IMG/VR virus record: IMGVR_UViG_3300009158_000001
Coordinates: 96,001 to 160,000 of that record
Length of the DNA stretch: 64,000 nucleotides
Direction: 5' to 3' (one strand)
Source: a virus
Shown: positions 54,106 through 63,338 of the stretch, in pieces
How the letters are laid out: every line of letters begins with the position of its first letter
Position numbering within the stretch: the first letter of the stretch is position 1
Notes under the pieces: model-generated
Seen by the model: the letters and a program-made list of their open reading frames with translations, nothing else
Told to the model about the DNA's origin: nothing
Databases searched by the model: none
Position numbers and translations under genes: made by a program

Positions 54106-54780
54106 ATGTATCTTAAGTACGACAAAAGATTACTCTCAAAAGACAAACCATTTATTTTTGCCTGCTCAGGTGGGCCGGATAGTATGGCTTGCTTGCACTT
54201 CTTAACAAAGGGTAAGCATAGTCAGCATGGCATGGTGGTATTTATCCATCATGGCACAATAACCTCCGATCTTTCTGAAAAGATTGTTAGAGATTATTGT
54301 AAGGCTCATTCTTGGCAGTTTAAGTCCTTGGCTATCAATCCAGATAGACCAATGGCTTCCAGTCAAGAAGAGTACTGGCGCGACGAGAGATACAGACTTT
54401 TTGGTCAAGTAGCAGCGAGTTTTAGCGCTTGTGAAATTATTACAGCTCATCACTTAGATGATGCTGTCGAAACATACCTTTTTAATACGTTGAATGGCAA
54501 AGCTTATACTATGCCAGTCAGTCGTCGTTTAAAAGAAGATTCAGATGTCTTTGTAGTTAGACCTTTCATTAGAAACAAAAAAGAATCTTTACTAATGTAT
54601 TGCAAGGAAAATAATCTTTGCTATTATGTTGATCCAACTAATTTTGATGGCTCAAACATGAGATCTTACATTAGGAAGAACATTGTGCCTCAAGCACTAT
54701 TCGTAAATGCTGGTCTATATACTGTAGTGGAAAAGATTCTTTATCCACCAAATAATAAAGTACTATTTGAATACATTTAG
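54106..54780 (+). CDS. tilS: tRNA(Ile)-lysidine synthetase, catalytic domain only
   Basis: PP-loop SGGPDS, HHG, R.ERY, TAHHLDDAVET, RPF, DPTN, R..IR. Confidence 0.85.
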   Translation: MYLKYDKRLLSKDKPFIFACSGGPDSMACLHFLTKGKHSQHGMVVFIHHGTITSDLSEKIVRDYCKAHSWQFKSLAINPDRPMASSQEEYWRDERYRLFGQVAASFSACEIITAHHLDDAVETYLFNTLNGKAYTMPVSRRLKEDSDVFVVRPFIRNKKESLLMYCKENNLCYYVDPTNFDGSNMRSYIRKNIVPQALFVNAGLYTVVEKILYPPNNKVLFEYI

Positions 54781-54839
54781 AAAAGTAATTGTACTATGGT
54801 GCAATTTGCTTTTCTTGGGGATGGGATATCCCCTCTTTT

Positions 54840-54920
54840 GGACTGGCCTCCGAATTGGTTACGGAATTCCGCTCATAACGGAACGCGCAAGCTATGTGGG
54901 TTCGACCCCCACCCAGTCTA
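54840..54920 (+). tRNA. atypical tRNA with CAT anticodon (probably Ile2), long variable region
   Basis: acceptor GGACTGG/CCAGTCT; TTCCG-CTCATAA-CGGAA; T arm GTGGG-TTCGACC-CCCAC. Confidence 0.7.
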
Positions 54921-54945
54921 CTTTATAAAAATAAATGAGGATATT

Positions 54946-55452
54946 ATGAATTGTATTTCTTGCGGAAACCAAACTACAAATCCAAAGTTTTGCGCAAGAT
55001 CTTGTGCGGCTAAATTTAATAATAAAATAAAGCCAAAGAGAATTTCATCTAATAAATGCAAATCTTGTAGTTTATCAATCTCACATAATAAGACATATTG
55101 CATGGTTTGTGACTCAAAAAGGATTAGATATCCCATAGAGACTAAGACATTGCAAGAATCTATTGATTCTGTTGGTAAGACTGCTAATAGATATAGGTCT
55201 ATTAGGGATTCTGCAAGAAATAAACTTATTGCTTCAGGCATTCCAACCTGTTGTAATAATTGCAATTATAATAAACATGTTGAAGTTTGTCATATTAAAT
55301 CTATATCATCTTTCCCTCTGGATACTAAAATCGCAGAGATTAATAATATTTCTAATTTAATTTATCTTTGTCCAAATTGCCATTGGGAATTTGATAATGA
55401 TCTGTTGGATATTAATCTAATTTTTGCGACGGTAACTCAGTTGGTAGAGTAG
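54946..55452 (+). CDS. HNH endonuclease with N-terminal Zn fingers
   Basis: GAGGA SD; CNNC...EVCHIK...NLIYLCPNCH; stop lies inside tRNA-Lys. Confidence 0.85.
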   Translation: MNCISCGNQTTNPKFCARSCAAKFNNKIKPKRISSNKCKSCSLSISHNKTYCMVCDSKRIRYPIETKTLQESIDSVGKTANRYRSIRDSARNKLIASGIPTCCNNCNYNKHVEVCHIKSISSFPLDTKIAEINNISNLIYLCPNCHWEFDNDLLDINLIFATVTQLVE

Positions 55453-55498
55453 CGGACTTTTAATCCGTCAGTCGAGGGTTCGAGCCCCTCCCGTCGTA
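55426..55498 (+). tRNA. tRNA-Lys(TTT)
   Basis: GCGGA-CTTTTAA-TCCGT; GGTTCGAG. Confidence 0.92.
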
Positions 55499-55532
55499 CT
55501 TGTACGGTACTTGTACGTGTACTTGTACGGTA
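55496..55532 (+). repeat. three tandem GTACTTGTACG units between tRNAs
   Basis: gtacttgtacg gtacttgtacgt gtacttgtacg gta. Confidence 0.75.
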
Positions 55533-55545
55533 TCTTATTGTTAAT

Positions 55546-55620
55546 CGGGATGTAGCGCAGTGGTAGCGCGCTTGCTTTGGGAGCAAGATGTCGCAGGTTC
55601 GATCCCTGTCATCCCGACCA
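55546..55620 (+). tRNA. tRNA-Pro(TGG), CCA encoded
   Basis: CTTGC-TTTGGGA-GCAAG; ends ACCA. Confidence 0.95.
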
Positions 55621-55621
55621 T

Positions 55622-55694
55622 GCTTCAATAGCTCAGTTGGTAGAGCCCTGGTTTTGTAAACCAGTGGTCGTAGGTTCGAGTCCTACTTGAAGCA
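55622..55694 (+). tRNA. tRNA-Thr(TGT)
   Basis: CTGGT-TTTGTAA-ACCAG. Confidence 0.93.
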
Positions 55695-55742
55695 CTTATA
55701 ATTAGTTATTTGAAAATTAATCTGTAACAAAGGAGATATATT

Positions 55743-56057
55743 ATGTTGTATCCTCATGCTGATACTTTTTGGATTCCTAGTCTTGCTGGTGATTATCATA
55801 CAGTTCAGACTCCAAGAGGGCCGCTTACGGCTTATATTGTAGAACAGACTGATGAGATTAGACTTATTCGGCGCGATCCGTTTAGCCAAGTGTATTATGT
55901 TCTTGATCCTCAAATGTCTGGTAGCACATTCATGATGTCTGTTGCAGAATGGAATGGTGGCAAGATGGTACAAGACGCATTCCCTATGCTTAGGTCAGAG
56001 GAGCGTGAATTCCTTCTTACTGGCATGGTAGACAGCTGGCCTGTTAAGGAACTATGA
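55743..56057 (+). CDS. conserved phage hypothetical protein
   Basis: VQDAFPML..EEREFLLTG motif. Confidence 0.75.
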   Translation: MLYPHADTFWIPSLAGDYHTVQTPRGPLTAYIVEQTDEIRLIRRDPFSQVYYVLDPQMSGSTFMMSVAEWNGGKMVQDAFPMLRSEEREFLLTGMVDSWPVKEL

Positions 56058-57193
56058 TCACACTTGGCTATTGTTGTAATAGCATAGGGACGCATAAAAC
56101 TAACTTTAAGACTATTACTCTTAAGAAAATTAAGACTCTTGACTTTTGGCCAGTTCCGTTTGATGGCAGTTGGCGTCATCTTGATGACTGGTATGCGCAC
56201 TATGATCATATGGAAAGCGGCGCTAAAGTTCTTTTCAATATCTATGTTCATAATATTAAAGAGCTAATTGCTGTTCTAGATTACAACATTGCTAACAATA
56301 TTAAGTTGTATAGAATTAGCAGTAGCCTTTTCCCGTTATGGAGTTATAACGTTAGCATACACCACTTTAAACCATCTAAAGTCTTTATCTCTATGATCAA
56401 AGGTAGGTTTGACGGTGCCTTTAATGGCCTTGAGCTTAAGCTGAAGAAGACTGTTCAAAAATATCTAGAAGGAGGCGGGCGATTAAGCATGCATCCTCCA
56501 GAGTTTGTTAGTCTTGGTGCTTCACCTGTTGTTCAGTTAGCATCTCAGTCAGAGCTCATTGCTCATGCTATGTTTCTTGACTGGATTGGCGCTCCTGAAG
56601 ACTACTCTTGCCCTTTGAATATTCATGTTAGCAGAGGCGCTCAAGACCCAGCTATTACTGGAAATAATGTTAATGTTGGGTTACTACATATCCTTAAGAT
56701 TTTTCCTAGTGCCTTTAAGCGAATTGTTCTTGAAACAGAGGATAAAGGTTGCTGGACATGGCAAAAACTTATTAAACATTTTCCTGGCATGCCTATTACA
56801 TTAGATGTTCATCACTGGAAGATTAACAATGAAGGAGAATCGCTCACTGAAGCTCTTGAAGCATGTGCCGCTACGTGGAAAACACGTACTCCTTATGTTA
56901 AGAATATTCAGTTTGTAATAGATCATCCTTCTGAGATTAATAATACTTATTCTCAGCTGGATATTAGACGATATACAGACTTCTACTATTGGCGTTCTAA
57001 GACATATAGTCCTTTAATGCATATTTCAGAAGGTAGAGATAAAGAATACGATAGATCTCATCATGATTATGTAAATGAGATTCCTGAGCTATTACTTTAT
57101 GCACCTTTTGATATTAGTCTTGAGGTTGAAGCTAAGGCTAAAGATTTAGCTTATTTTGCATTGCGTGACAAGTATAAAGAACTTGTGGCGTAA
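56054..57193 (+). CDS. uvsE: UV-damage endonuclease
   Basis: LGYCC, YRISSSLFP, RLSMHP, NIH, LETED, LDVHH, HISE, HHDY, VEAKAKD. Confidence 0.9.
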   Translation: MITLGYCCNSIGTHKTNFKTITLKKIKTLDFWPVPFDGSWRHLDDWYAHYDHMESGAKVLFNIYVHNIKELIAVLDYNIANNIKLYRISSSLFPLWSYNVSIHHFKPSKVFISMIKGRFDGAFNGLELKLKKTVQKYLEGGGRLSMHPPEFVSLGASPVVQLASQSELIAHAMFLDWIGAPEDYSCPLNIHVSRGAQDPAITGNNVNVGLLHILKIFPSAFKRIVLETEDKGCWTWQKLIKHFPGMPITLDVHHWKINNEGESLTEALEACAATWKTRTPYVKNIQFVIDHPSEINNTYSQLDIRRYTDFYYWRSKTYSPLMHISEGRDKEYDRSHHDYVNEIPELLLYAPFDISLEVEAKAKDLAYFALRDKYKELVA

Positions 57194-57373
57194 TGCCTTT
57201 GCTCAGGTGGCGAAATCGGCATACGCAGCAGACTTATAGAAAATTTGAGCCCTATAGGGGAAACCTTATAGGTGAACACAATCAAATTCGGTGAAGGCTA
57301 AACTAGTTTACTAGCATGCTAATACCGAGCTAAGCCTTAAATGGCAAACGCACAGTTTATTCTCCATTACCTA

Positions 57374-57382
57374 TGCTATAAT
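57374..57382 (+). promoter_or_regulatory. extended -10 promoter for a leaderless HNH mRNA
   Basis: TGCTATAAT ends 6 nt before ATG 57389; no SD. Confidence 0.55.
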
Positions 57383-57388
57383 ATTACT

Positions 57389-57826
57389 ATGAGAAAATAT
57401 AAAGATTATACAGATCAGCAAATAATAGATGCTGTTAAGGCTAGTAAAAGCATTTCCCAAGTACTTAAAATTCTTGGGTTAAAGCAAGCTGGAGGTAATT
57501 ACGCAAATGTCCAACGGAATATCCAAAGACTATTGTGTGACACCTCTCACTTTACTGGCAAGGGTTGGAATAAAGATCAACAGTTGAAAGACTGGGGTTC
57601 TTATTCTAAAGCTGCTAATCTAAAACCTCATTTAATAAAAAAGCGTACTCATCAATGCGAACAATGTAATCTTTCAGAATGGCTTTCTGAGCAGATAAAA
57701 TTGGAAATACATCACATTGATGGAGACAGGACAAATAATGTAGAAGAAAACTTGCAGTTGCTTTGTCCAAACTGTCATTCTATGACAGACTCTTGGAGAA
57801 AAGCAAACCATTTAAGGAAAGTGTAG
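57389..57826 (+). CDS. intron-encoded HNH homing endonuclease
   Basis: CEQC...LEIHHIDGDRTNN...NLQLLCPNCH. Confidence 0.9.
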   Translation: MRKYKDYTDQQIIDAVKASKSISQVLKILGLKQAGGNYANVQRNIQRLLCDTSHFTGKGWNKDQQLKDWGSYSKAANLKPHLIKKRTHQCEQCNLSEWLSEQIKLEIHHIDGDRTNNVEENLQLLCPNCHSMTDSWRKANHLRKV

Positions 57827-57978
57827 AGACTAGACGGTTGTTACCTAATGTAGAAATACTATGGTAAAGGTATAGTCCAGACCACAAACGGCATATGCTG
57901 GTAGTGAAAACTATAGTGGTAAGAAAATCTGCCTTCCTCGGAATTACGGGTTCAAGTCCCGTCCTGAGCACTTATATT

Positions 57979-58060
57979 GGGAGTATCGCATAGTGGCAAT
58001 TGCAGGGGACTGTAAATCCCCCGACTTCGGTCTACGTTGGTTCGAGTCCATCTACTCCCA
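57979..58060 (+). tRNA. tRNA-Tyr(GTA)
   Basis: GGGGA-CTGTAAA-TCCCC; long variable arm. Confidence 0.92.
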
Positions 58061-58097
58061 CTTATTTATTTACTTTATCACTGGAGATTCTACTAGA

Positions 58098-58499
58098 ATG
58101 AAAGATGAACTAAATGAACTCTTAGATTATTTTGAGAAGTTAGGCCAGCGGGCTATTGCTTGCAAACATTGGCAATGGAAAATTGGCATGTCTACTAGTA
58201 GTAATCAACGTGTTATTCGCATTGATTCTGATGGATATGTTCTAGGTTATCAAAGCTACATTAATTATCTAACACAGGTAACTCAAGATACAATTCCAGA
58301 TCTCTCAGACTCTGCAACGCTTGGTTGCCTCTTGGTTTTGGTGCGCGCTGCCTGGGGCGATCCGTTTGCCATGCTTCTTGGGCATCAAAGTGGGTGGCAT
58401 GTGCACATACCAAGAGTTGACCACGACTATGATGGAGACACCGAAGCCGAGGCTTTAGTAGAAGCTCTTGAGGCTGCCTCACTACAATCCGCGCCATAA
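58098..58499 (+). CDS. hypothetical protein, paralogue A
   Basis: WxWxxGM...PDxxDxATxGCLLxLVRxA...AL..ALE shared with 58670-59035. Confidence 0.75.
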   Translation: MKDELNELLDYFEKLGQRAIACKHWQWKIGMSTSSNQRVIRIDSDGYVLGYQSYINYLTQVTQDTIPDLSDSATLGCLLVLVRAAWGDPFAMLLGHQSGWHVHIPRVDHDYDGDTEAEALVEALEAASLQSAP

Positions 58500-58669
58500 A
58501 TATCTATTACTCCCTATTGAAGATCTAAATAATAACTGGAGACTTTTATGGAAGATTACGATCTAGAAGAGAGTGAAACTTATTGGGAAACAGCAATGCT
58601 TCATGGTATTGCTGGTGTTAATGATTGTTATGATCTTGAGCCACCTTCTGGTGACAGAGAGGAATACTA

Positions 58670-59035
58670 ATGAATATAATTGCAGTTCGAGATACACTTG
58701 AGAAGGCTATTGAGTCTAAGTACTGGAAATGGACCGGAGGTATGCGCGTCTATTTTCCTGAGACTAAATCTTATATCCGCATTCCCGACGGGGAGTACGA
58801 AGATCTGCCTGGTGGACTACCAGACTTTAACGATCCTGCAACAGTAGGATGTTTACTTAGTCTTGTTCGCCTAGCTTACAAAGACAACAGTATTTATGTC
58901 CGCCTTGCTGAAGGCAAAGCCGCAGAAGATCTTTATGCGATTCCCAGATGGGAAGTCAAGGGTAGAGCTTGTAATGCTTGGGGTTATCCCCTTGAAGGGC
59001 TAGCTCTTATTGATGCGCTGGAAGGCGCTCCCTAA
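58670..59035 (+). CDS. hypothetical protein, paralogue B
   Basis: same motif set as 58098-58499. Confidence 0.75.
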   Translation: MNIIAVRDTLEKAIESKYWKWTGGMRVYFPETKSYIRIPDGEYEDLPGGLPDFNDPATVGCLLSLVRLAYKDNSIYVRLAEGKAAEDLYAIPRWEVKGRACNAWGYPLEGLALIDALEGAP

Positions 59036-59107
59036 GGTTTAAAATGTCTTATTTAAGCCATAATATTCCTACAGTTACTTGTAGAGTTTACAACCGTGGA
59101 GTAAACC

Positions 59108-60166
59108 TTGAAGTTAGACTTTAAGACTATCTATGTAGAGAATAATAACTATTCACAGTCTGAGCAAAACAGACTTGATTCTGTTCTAAATAGATTTCCT
59201 GATGCTCAGGTTAAAAAAGTTGCTAGCCATTGGAAGATTCCAGATCTAGTAGATATGGATCCTGTTGATTGGATTAAGGCTAAGAAGCACATCTTGGTTC
59301 TTGGTAAGCTTAAGATTCTTGCAAGCACAGTCAACGGTAGAAGTTCTGACTTTATTGCTCCATCTCATAGCAACGGATGCCTAAGTGCATGCCAGTATTG
59401 CTACGTTGCTCGCCGCAAGGGTGGCAGTAATCCTTTGACAGTATTTCTTAATAGTGAGAAGGTTGCTGAAAGCATTGTAGACCACTGCAATGAGCTTGGT
59501 CCTAAGAACGAGCCTAATCAATGTGATCCCGAATACTGGATCTATGACATTGGCAACAACAATGACGTTAGTATTGACGCAATGATTAGTGACAATCCAT
59601 TTGTACTAATGGAAGCTATCAAGAGTACTAAGCATGGTAAGTTGACTTTTGCAACTAAAACTGTTAATATTGATCCATTCTTAAAGTTCAATCCTAAGAG
59701 TAGAACTAGAATTCGTTACAGTTTGATGCCTCAGGCAGTGTCTAAGTATGTTGACATTAGAACTTCGCCGATCGAAGATCGCATTGATGCGATGAACGAA
59801 CTTGTTGAAGCAGGCTATGAGGTCCATGCCAACTTTTCTCCTGTCATTATGTACGGAGATAAGCAGTGGAAGAAAGATTGGGTTGAGTTGTGGCGACTTA
59901 TGGATAGTAAGCTGACAGACAAAGCCAAGCTTCAGATGAAATCTGAGGTTATTTTCCTAACTCACAGTACTGATTTACATGATATTAACATGCAATGGAA
60001 TCCTAAGGGTGAAGAATTTCTTTGGACTCCTGAGATTCAGCAAACTAAAGCTAATAAGCCTGACGTTCTATGCTATCAGTATGGACTTAAAGGTGAAAAT
60101 GTTAAAGCTTTTTCTGCTGGTATTAAGAAATTTATTCCCTGGTGTGAAGTTCGCTATGCCTTTTAA
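59108..60166 (+). CDS. spore photoproduct lyase-family radical SAM protein
   Basis: GCLSACQYCY, FATK, RIRYSLMP, GYEVHANFSP. Confidence 0.8.
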   Translation: MKLDFKTIYVENNNYSQSEQNRLDSVLNRFPDAQVKKVASHWKIPDLVDMDPVDWIKAKKHILVLGKLKILASTVNGRSSDFIAPSHSNGCLSACQYCYVARRKGGSNPLTVFLNSEKVAESIVDHCNELGPKNEPNQCDPEYWIYDIGNNNDVSIDAMISDNPFVLMEAIKSTKHGKLTFATKTVNIDPFLKFNPKSRTRIRYSLMPQAVSKYVDIRTSPIEDRIDAMNELVEAGYEVHANFSPVIMYGDKQWKKDWVELWRLMDSKLTDKAKLQMKSEVIFLTHSTDLHDINMQWNPKGEEFLWTPEIQQTKANKPDVLCYQYGLKGENVKAFSAGIKKFIPWCEVRYAF

Positions 60167-60174
60167 GGAAATTT

Positions 60175-61236
60175 ATGCAGTTTGCTAATTCTCGTGAGAT
60201 TGATACAGTAGATGTAGTCGTTGGACTTGCTTGGGGTGACGAAGGCAAAGGCAAGGTCGTTAGTTCATTGGTTAATTACCAGCACTATGACTTTGTCTGT
60301 CGCTTTAACGGCGGCCCTAATGCAGGTCATACTGTTTACTTGGATGGTAAGCAGTACAAGACTCATCTTATTCCTAGTGGTGTATTCCATGGCGTTCCTA
60401 GCATTATCGGTCCTGCTTGCGTAATTAACGTTAGCAAGTTCATGGCAGAGATTGCCTATCTAGAAGCTAATGGGTTTGATACAAGTCTTGTTAAGGTTTC
60501 ACCTAAGGCTCATGTAATTACTCAGGATCACATTAGCTATGACACTAATTATCTTTCGCATCTTGGTACTACCGGACAAGGTATTGCTCCATGTTACTCG
60601 GACAAAATGTTGCGTAAAGGAATTCGTGCAGCTGAAATCCTTGATCCTAAGTGGATCTGGGATGAAAAACTTTTTGGTTGTATCCTAGCCGAAGGAGCGC
60701 AGAGTGTTTGGCTAGATATCGACCATGGATCATACCCCTACGTTACTAGTAGTTCTACTTTGCCTTATAATGCTTGTTCACTAGGCTTCTCGCCTATGGA
60801 CATTACTCGTATTATTGGCATTGGTAAGATGTACGACACTAAGAGCGGCGCTGATCCTATGTTCCCTATTAGCCTAATGGAAGATCCAGTTCTTGCTGAG
60901 ATTGGCAGAATTGGCAAGGAGCAAGGTACTACGACCGGACGTCAAAGAATTATTAATTATCTTAATCTTGATAAAATGATTGCTGCAATTCGCTTGTCTG
61001 GTGTTACTTGCGTTGTACTTAATAAGGGTGACATTCTAACTAAGATAGAAGAAGGTAACCCATTCAAGTTCCGCTACCGTGACGAACTTGTTACATGTAA
61101 AACACTCAAAGAAATGCAGACTACTATTGCAGAGATCATCGAGGGCGAATGCTCTAATCTTCTTGAGGAAGATGTTATTTTCTCTGATCATCCAGAATTT
61201 GTTAATTGGGAGGACTACTTTGCATGGCAGAGCTAG
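60175..61236 (+). CDS. purA: adenylosuccinate synthetase (short form)
   Basis: WGDEGKGK, RFNGGPNAGHT, HLIPSG, GTTGQGIAP, EGAQ, YPYVTSS, GTTTGR. Confidence 0.93.
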   Translation: MQFANSREIDTVDVVVGLAWGDEGKGKVVSSLVNYQHYDFVCRFNGGPNAGHTVYLDGKQYKTHLIPSGVFHGVPSIIGPACVINVSKFMAEIAYLEANGFDTSLVKVSPKAHVITQDHISYDTNYLSHLGTTGQGIAPCYSDKMLRKGIRAAEILDPKWIWDEKLFGCILAEGAQSVWLDIDHGSYPYVTSSSTLPYNACSLGFSPMDITRIIGIGKMYDTKSGADPMFPISLMEDPVLAEIGRIGKEQGTTTGRQRIINYLNLDKMIAAIRLSGVTCVVLNKGDILTKIEEGNPFKFRYRDELVTCKTLKEMQTTIAEIIEGECSNLLEEDVIFSDHPEFVNWEDYFAWQS

Positions 61237-62372
61237 AAACTGTTGATGATAGTGTAACTAATTACTTTTTGCCTACACTTTATAAGAAAGTAAATGGCAA
61301 TAAGATTGAGGAATGGACCATTGCCGTTTTAGGTAATGGTTCATTTTATACAACCAGTGGGCATATTGATGGTATTAAGACTACCAGTAAGCCTACTGTT
61401 TGCGAGCCAATGAATGTTGGCAAGAAGAATGCGACTACTGCGGCTGACCAAGCTGCAAAGGAAGCAAAAGCTAAGTGGGATAAGCAGATCAAGAAGGGTT
61501 ATACTGAGACTGTCGAAAGCGTAGATGAGGCTCTACCTTATCAGGTAATGCTCGCTAAGAGCTACGATGACTACGCAGATGACATTACTTGGCCTGCCTA
61601 CACTCAGCCTAAGCTAGATGGTATTCGATGCCGGATCAATAAGGATGGTATGTGGACTAGAAACAATGAAAAGATTGTATCGTGTCCTCACATTAACTCA
61701 GCTCTTGAGCCATTCTTTGAGAAGTGTCCAGATGTCCAGCTAGATGGTGAACTTTACAATCATGAATTTAAGGATAACTTTAATAGGATTGTAGAACTTG
61801 TTAAGCGCCAAAAAATTGACGATGCTCAGCTTGCTGAAAGCAAGAAGTATATTCAGTTCTGGTGCTACGACAATATGGTAAGTGGTAACTTCATTGACCG
61901 CCTTAAGTTCTTTAAGCAATACAATACGTTTGGTATGAAGCTGATCGACATGAAATATGTCACAACAGTTGAAACACACACTGTAAACAGCCAGGAAGAA
62001 GTCCAGGCTAAGCTTAGTGCATATCTTAAGGAAGGATATGAAGGTCTTATGCTTAGAAGAAATACTGCTTATGAGAATAAGCGAAGTAAGAATCTTCTAA
62101 AGCTTAAGAAGTTTATCGATAGCGAGTATGAGATTGTTAACGTTGTTGAGGGCGAGGGGAACAAGTCTGGCATGGCTGGGGCATTTACCCTAGTCATGTC
62201 AGACGGCCGCCACTTTAATAGTAATATTATGGGCCCCCACGAGTATCTTGTAAGACTATGGGAGAGCAAGGATTCACTTATAGGTAAGCAGGTAACTATT
62301 CAATATTTCAATCTAACCCCTGATGGGGTACCTAGGTTTCCATATGCGAAAGCATTAAGAGACTACGAATAA
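61224..62372 (+). CDS. ATP-dependent DNA ligase
   Basis: QPKLDGIR, LDGELY, GYEGLMLR, KRSKNLLKLK, GVPRFP. Confidence 0.93.
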   Translation: MAELETVDDSVTNYFLPTLYKKVNGNKIEEWTIAVLGNGSFYTTSGHIDGIKTTSKPTVCEPMNVGKKNATTAADQAAKEAKAKWDKQIKKGYTETVESVDEALPYQVMLAKSYDDYADDITWPAYTQPKLDGIRCRINKDGMWTRNNEKIVSCPHINSALEPFFEKCPDVQLDGELYNHEFKDNFNRIVELVKRQKIDDAQLAESKKYIQFWCYDNMVSGNFIDRLKFFKQYNTFGMKLIDMKYVTTVETHTVNSQEEVQAKLSAYLKEGYEGLMLRRNTAYENKRSKNLLKLKKFIDSEYEIVNVVEGEGNKSGMAGAFTLVMSDGRHFNSNIMGPHEYLVRLWESKDSLIGKQVTIQYFNLTPDGVPRFPYAKALRDYE

Positions 62373-62384
62373 AGGAAATAATTT

Positions 62385-62780
62385 ATGGAGTATAACCTGA
62401 GTAAGAAAGAACTAGGATATATTCGAGTTGCTATTAAACAAGCTAGACGATCCAGTTATGAAAGGTTCTGCCATGGCGCAGTCCTAATTAAGGGTGGTAC
62501 AATCATTAGTACCGGTTTTAACACGGTCAAAGGTTCACCCTTCCTAAAGCATAACTTCCCGAATAGTTTAAGAGATACAATGCACGCTGAGATGACATGT
62601 CTACATGGATTCCCTACTAGCGACCTTAGTGGTGCTAGCTTGTATGTAGTTAGGGTTCAACCTAACACTCTTGAACTTAAGAATAGTAAGCCTTGTGCGC
62701 TCTGCGAAGAGCTCATTAGCTGGTACCCTTTGAAAAAGGTAATCTATTCTAATGGAGGAGGGTTGTTTAGCGCATTGTAA
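62385..62780 (+). CDS. cytidine/deoxycytidylate deaminase-family protein
   Basis: HGAVL...GFN...HAE...PCALC. Confidence 0.85.
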   Translation: MEYNLSKKELGYIRVAIKQARRSSYERFCHGAVLIKGGTIISTGFNTVKGSPFLKHNFPNSLRDTMHAEMTCLHGFPTSDLSGASLYVVRVQPNTLELKNSKPCALCEELISWYPLKKVIYSNGGGLFSAL

Positions 62781-62792
62781 TACAAGGAGAAA

Positions 62793-63338
62793 ATGCTTAC
62801 GAAAATACTAATGTTGTTGTGGATGTGGAGTACGCCAATGAAGAATTTCATTGAGTATGACGCAATCAAAGCAACAGACACATATCGGATCTTGGATAAA
62901 TATGAATACATCTCTGATTCAGATAAATACTTAATCTCTGATGCAATTGAAAAAACTTCAATTGACAAAGAATTATCCAAGGAAGAAAAAGCAATTGTTC
63001 TAGCCGTCGCATTCCAAGAAAGCAGATTTACTAAAGAGGCAATGGGCTCTTCTGGCGAATGTGGTCTGTATCAACAGATACCTAAATGGCTACCTAATAA
63101 AGAATTGCGTAAAATGAAATACGATGATGCTTGTGATCTGCTAAAGAACCCATATAGTGGAACTAAAGAGTTCATAAATACCTATAGGCACCTTGAGAAA
63201 CGCTATAAACAAGACTGGCCTTGCCATTATAATCAAGGCATTGTTTGCGGAGCTAGAGGCTATGCCTATTTGAAGAATCATTATCGATTGAGGAGACAGT
63301 TTGAGCGTCAGCAAGATAGATACGCCCAGCTTAACTAA
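62793..63338 (+). CDS. lytic transglycosylase (SLT) domain protein
   Basis: AVAFQESRF...GECGLYQ...HYNQG; hydrophobic N-terminus. Confidence 0.8.
   Translation: MLTKILMLLWMWSTPMKNFIEYDAIKATDTYRILDKYEYISDSDKYLISDAIEKTSIDKELSKEEKAIVLAVAFQESRFTKEAMGSSGECGLYQQIPKWLPNKELRKMKYDDACDLLKNPYSGTKEFINTYRHLEKRYKQDWPCHYNQGIVCGARGYAYLKNHYRLRRQFERQQDRYAQLN

Larger units (their letters stand above)
57236..57923 (+). mobile_element. group I intron (tRNA-Leu UAA type) encoding an HNH endonuclease
   Basis: U at 5' splice site, terminal G; P AAATTCGGTGAA, Q AATACCGAGC, R GTAGAGACTAGACGG, S AAGGTATAGTCC. Confidence 0.88.
57201..57970 (+). tRNA. tRNA-Leu(TAA) split by a group I intron (exons 57201-57235 and 57924-57970)
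   Basis: spliced arm GCAGA-CTT^AAAA-TCTGC; acceptor GCTCAGG/CCTGAGC. Confidence 0.9.

Noticed and set aside
54796-54945. N-terminal extensions of ORFs 54796, 38091, 57993 and 57341
   Set aside because: They run through tRNA genes or intron core; downstream starts are better supported.
60175-61236. PurZ (2-aminoadenine DNA pathway)
   Set aside because: Keeps the PurA catalytic Asp in GDEGKG; PurZ has Ser there (GSTGKG). No partner genes are seen in the window.
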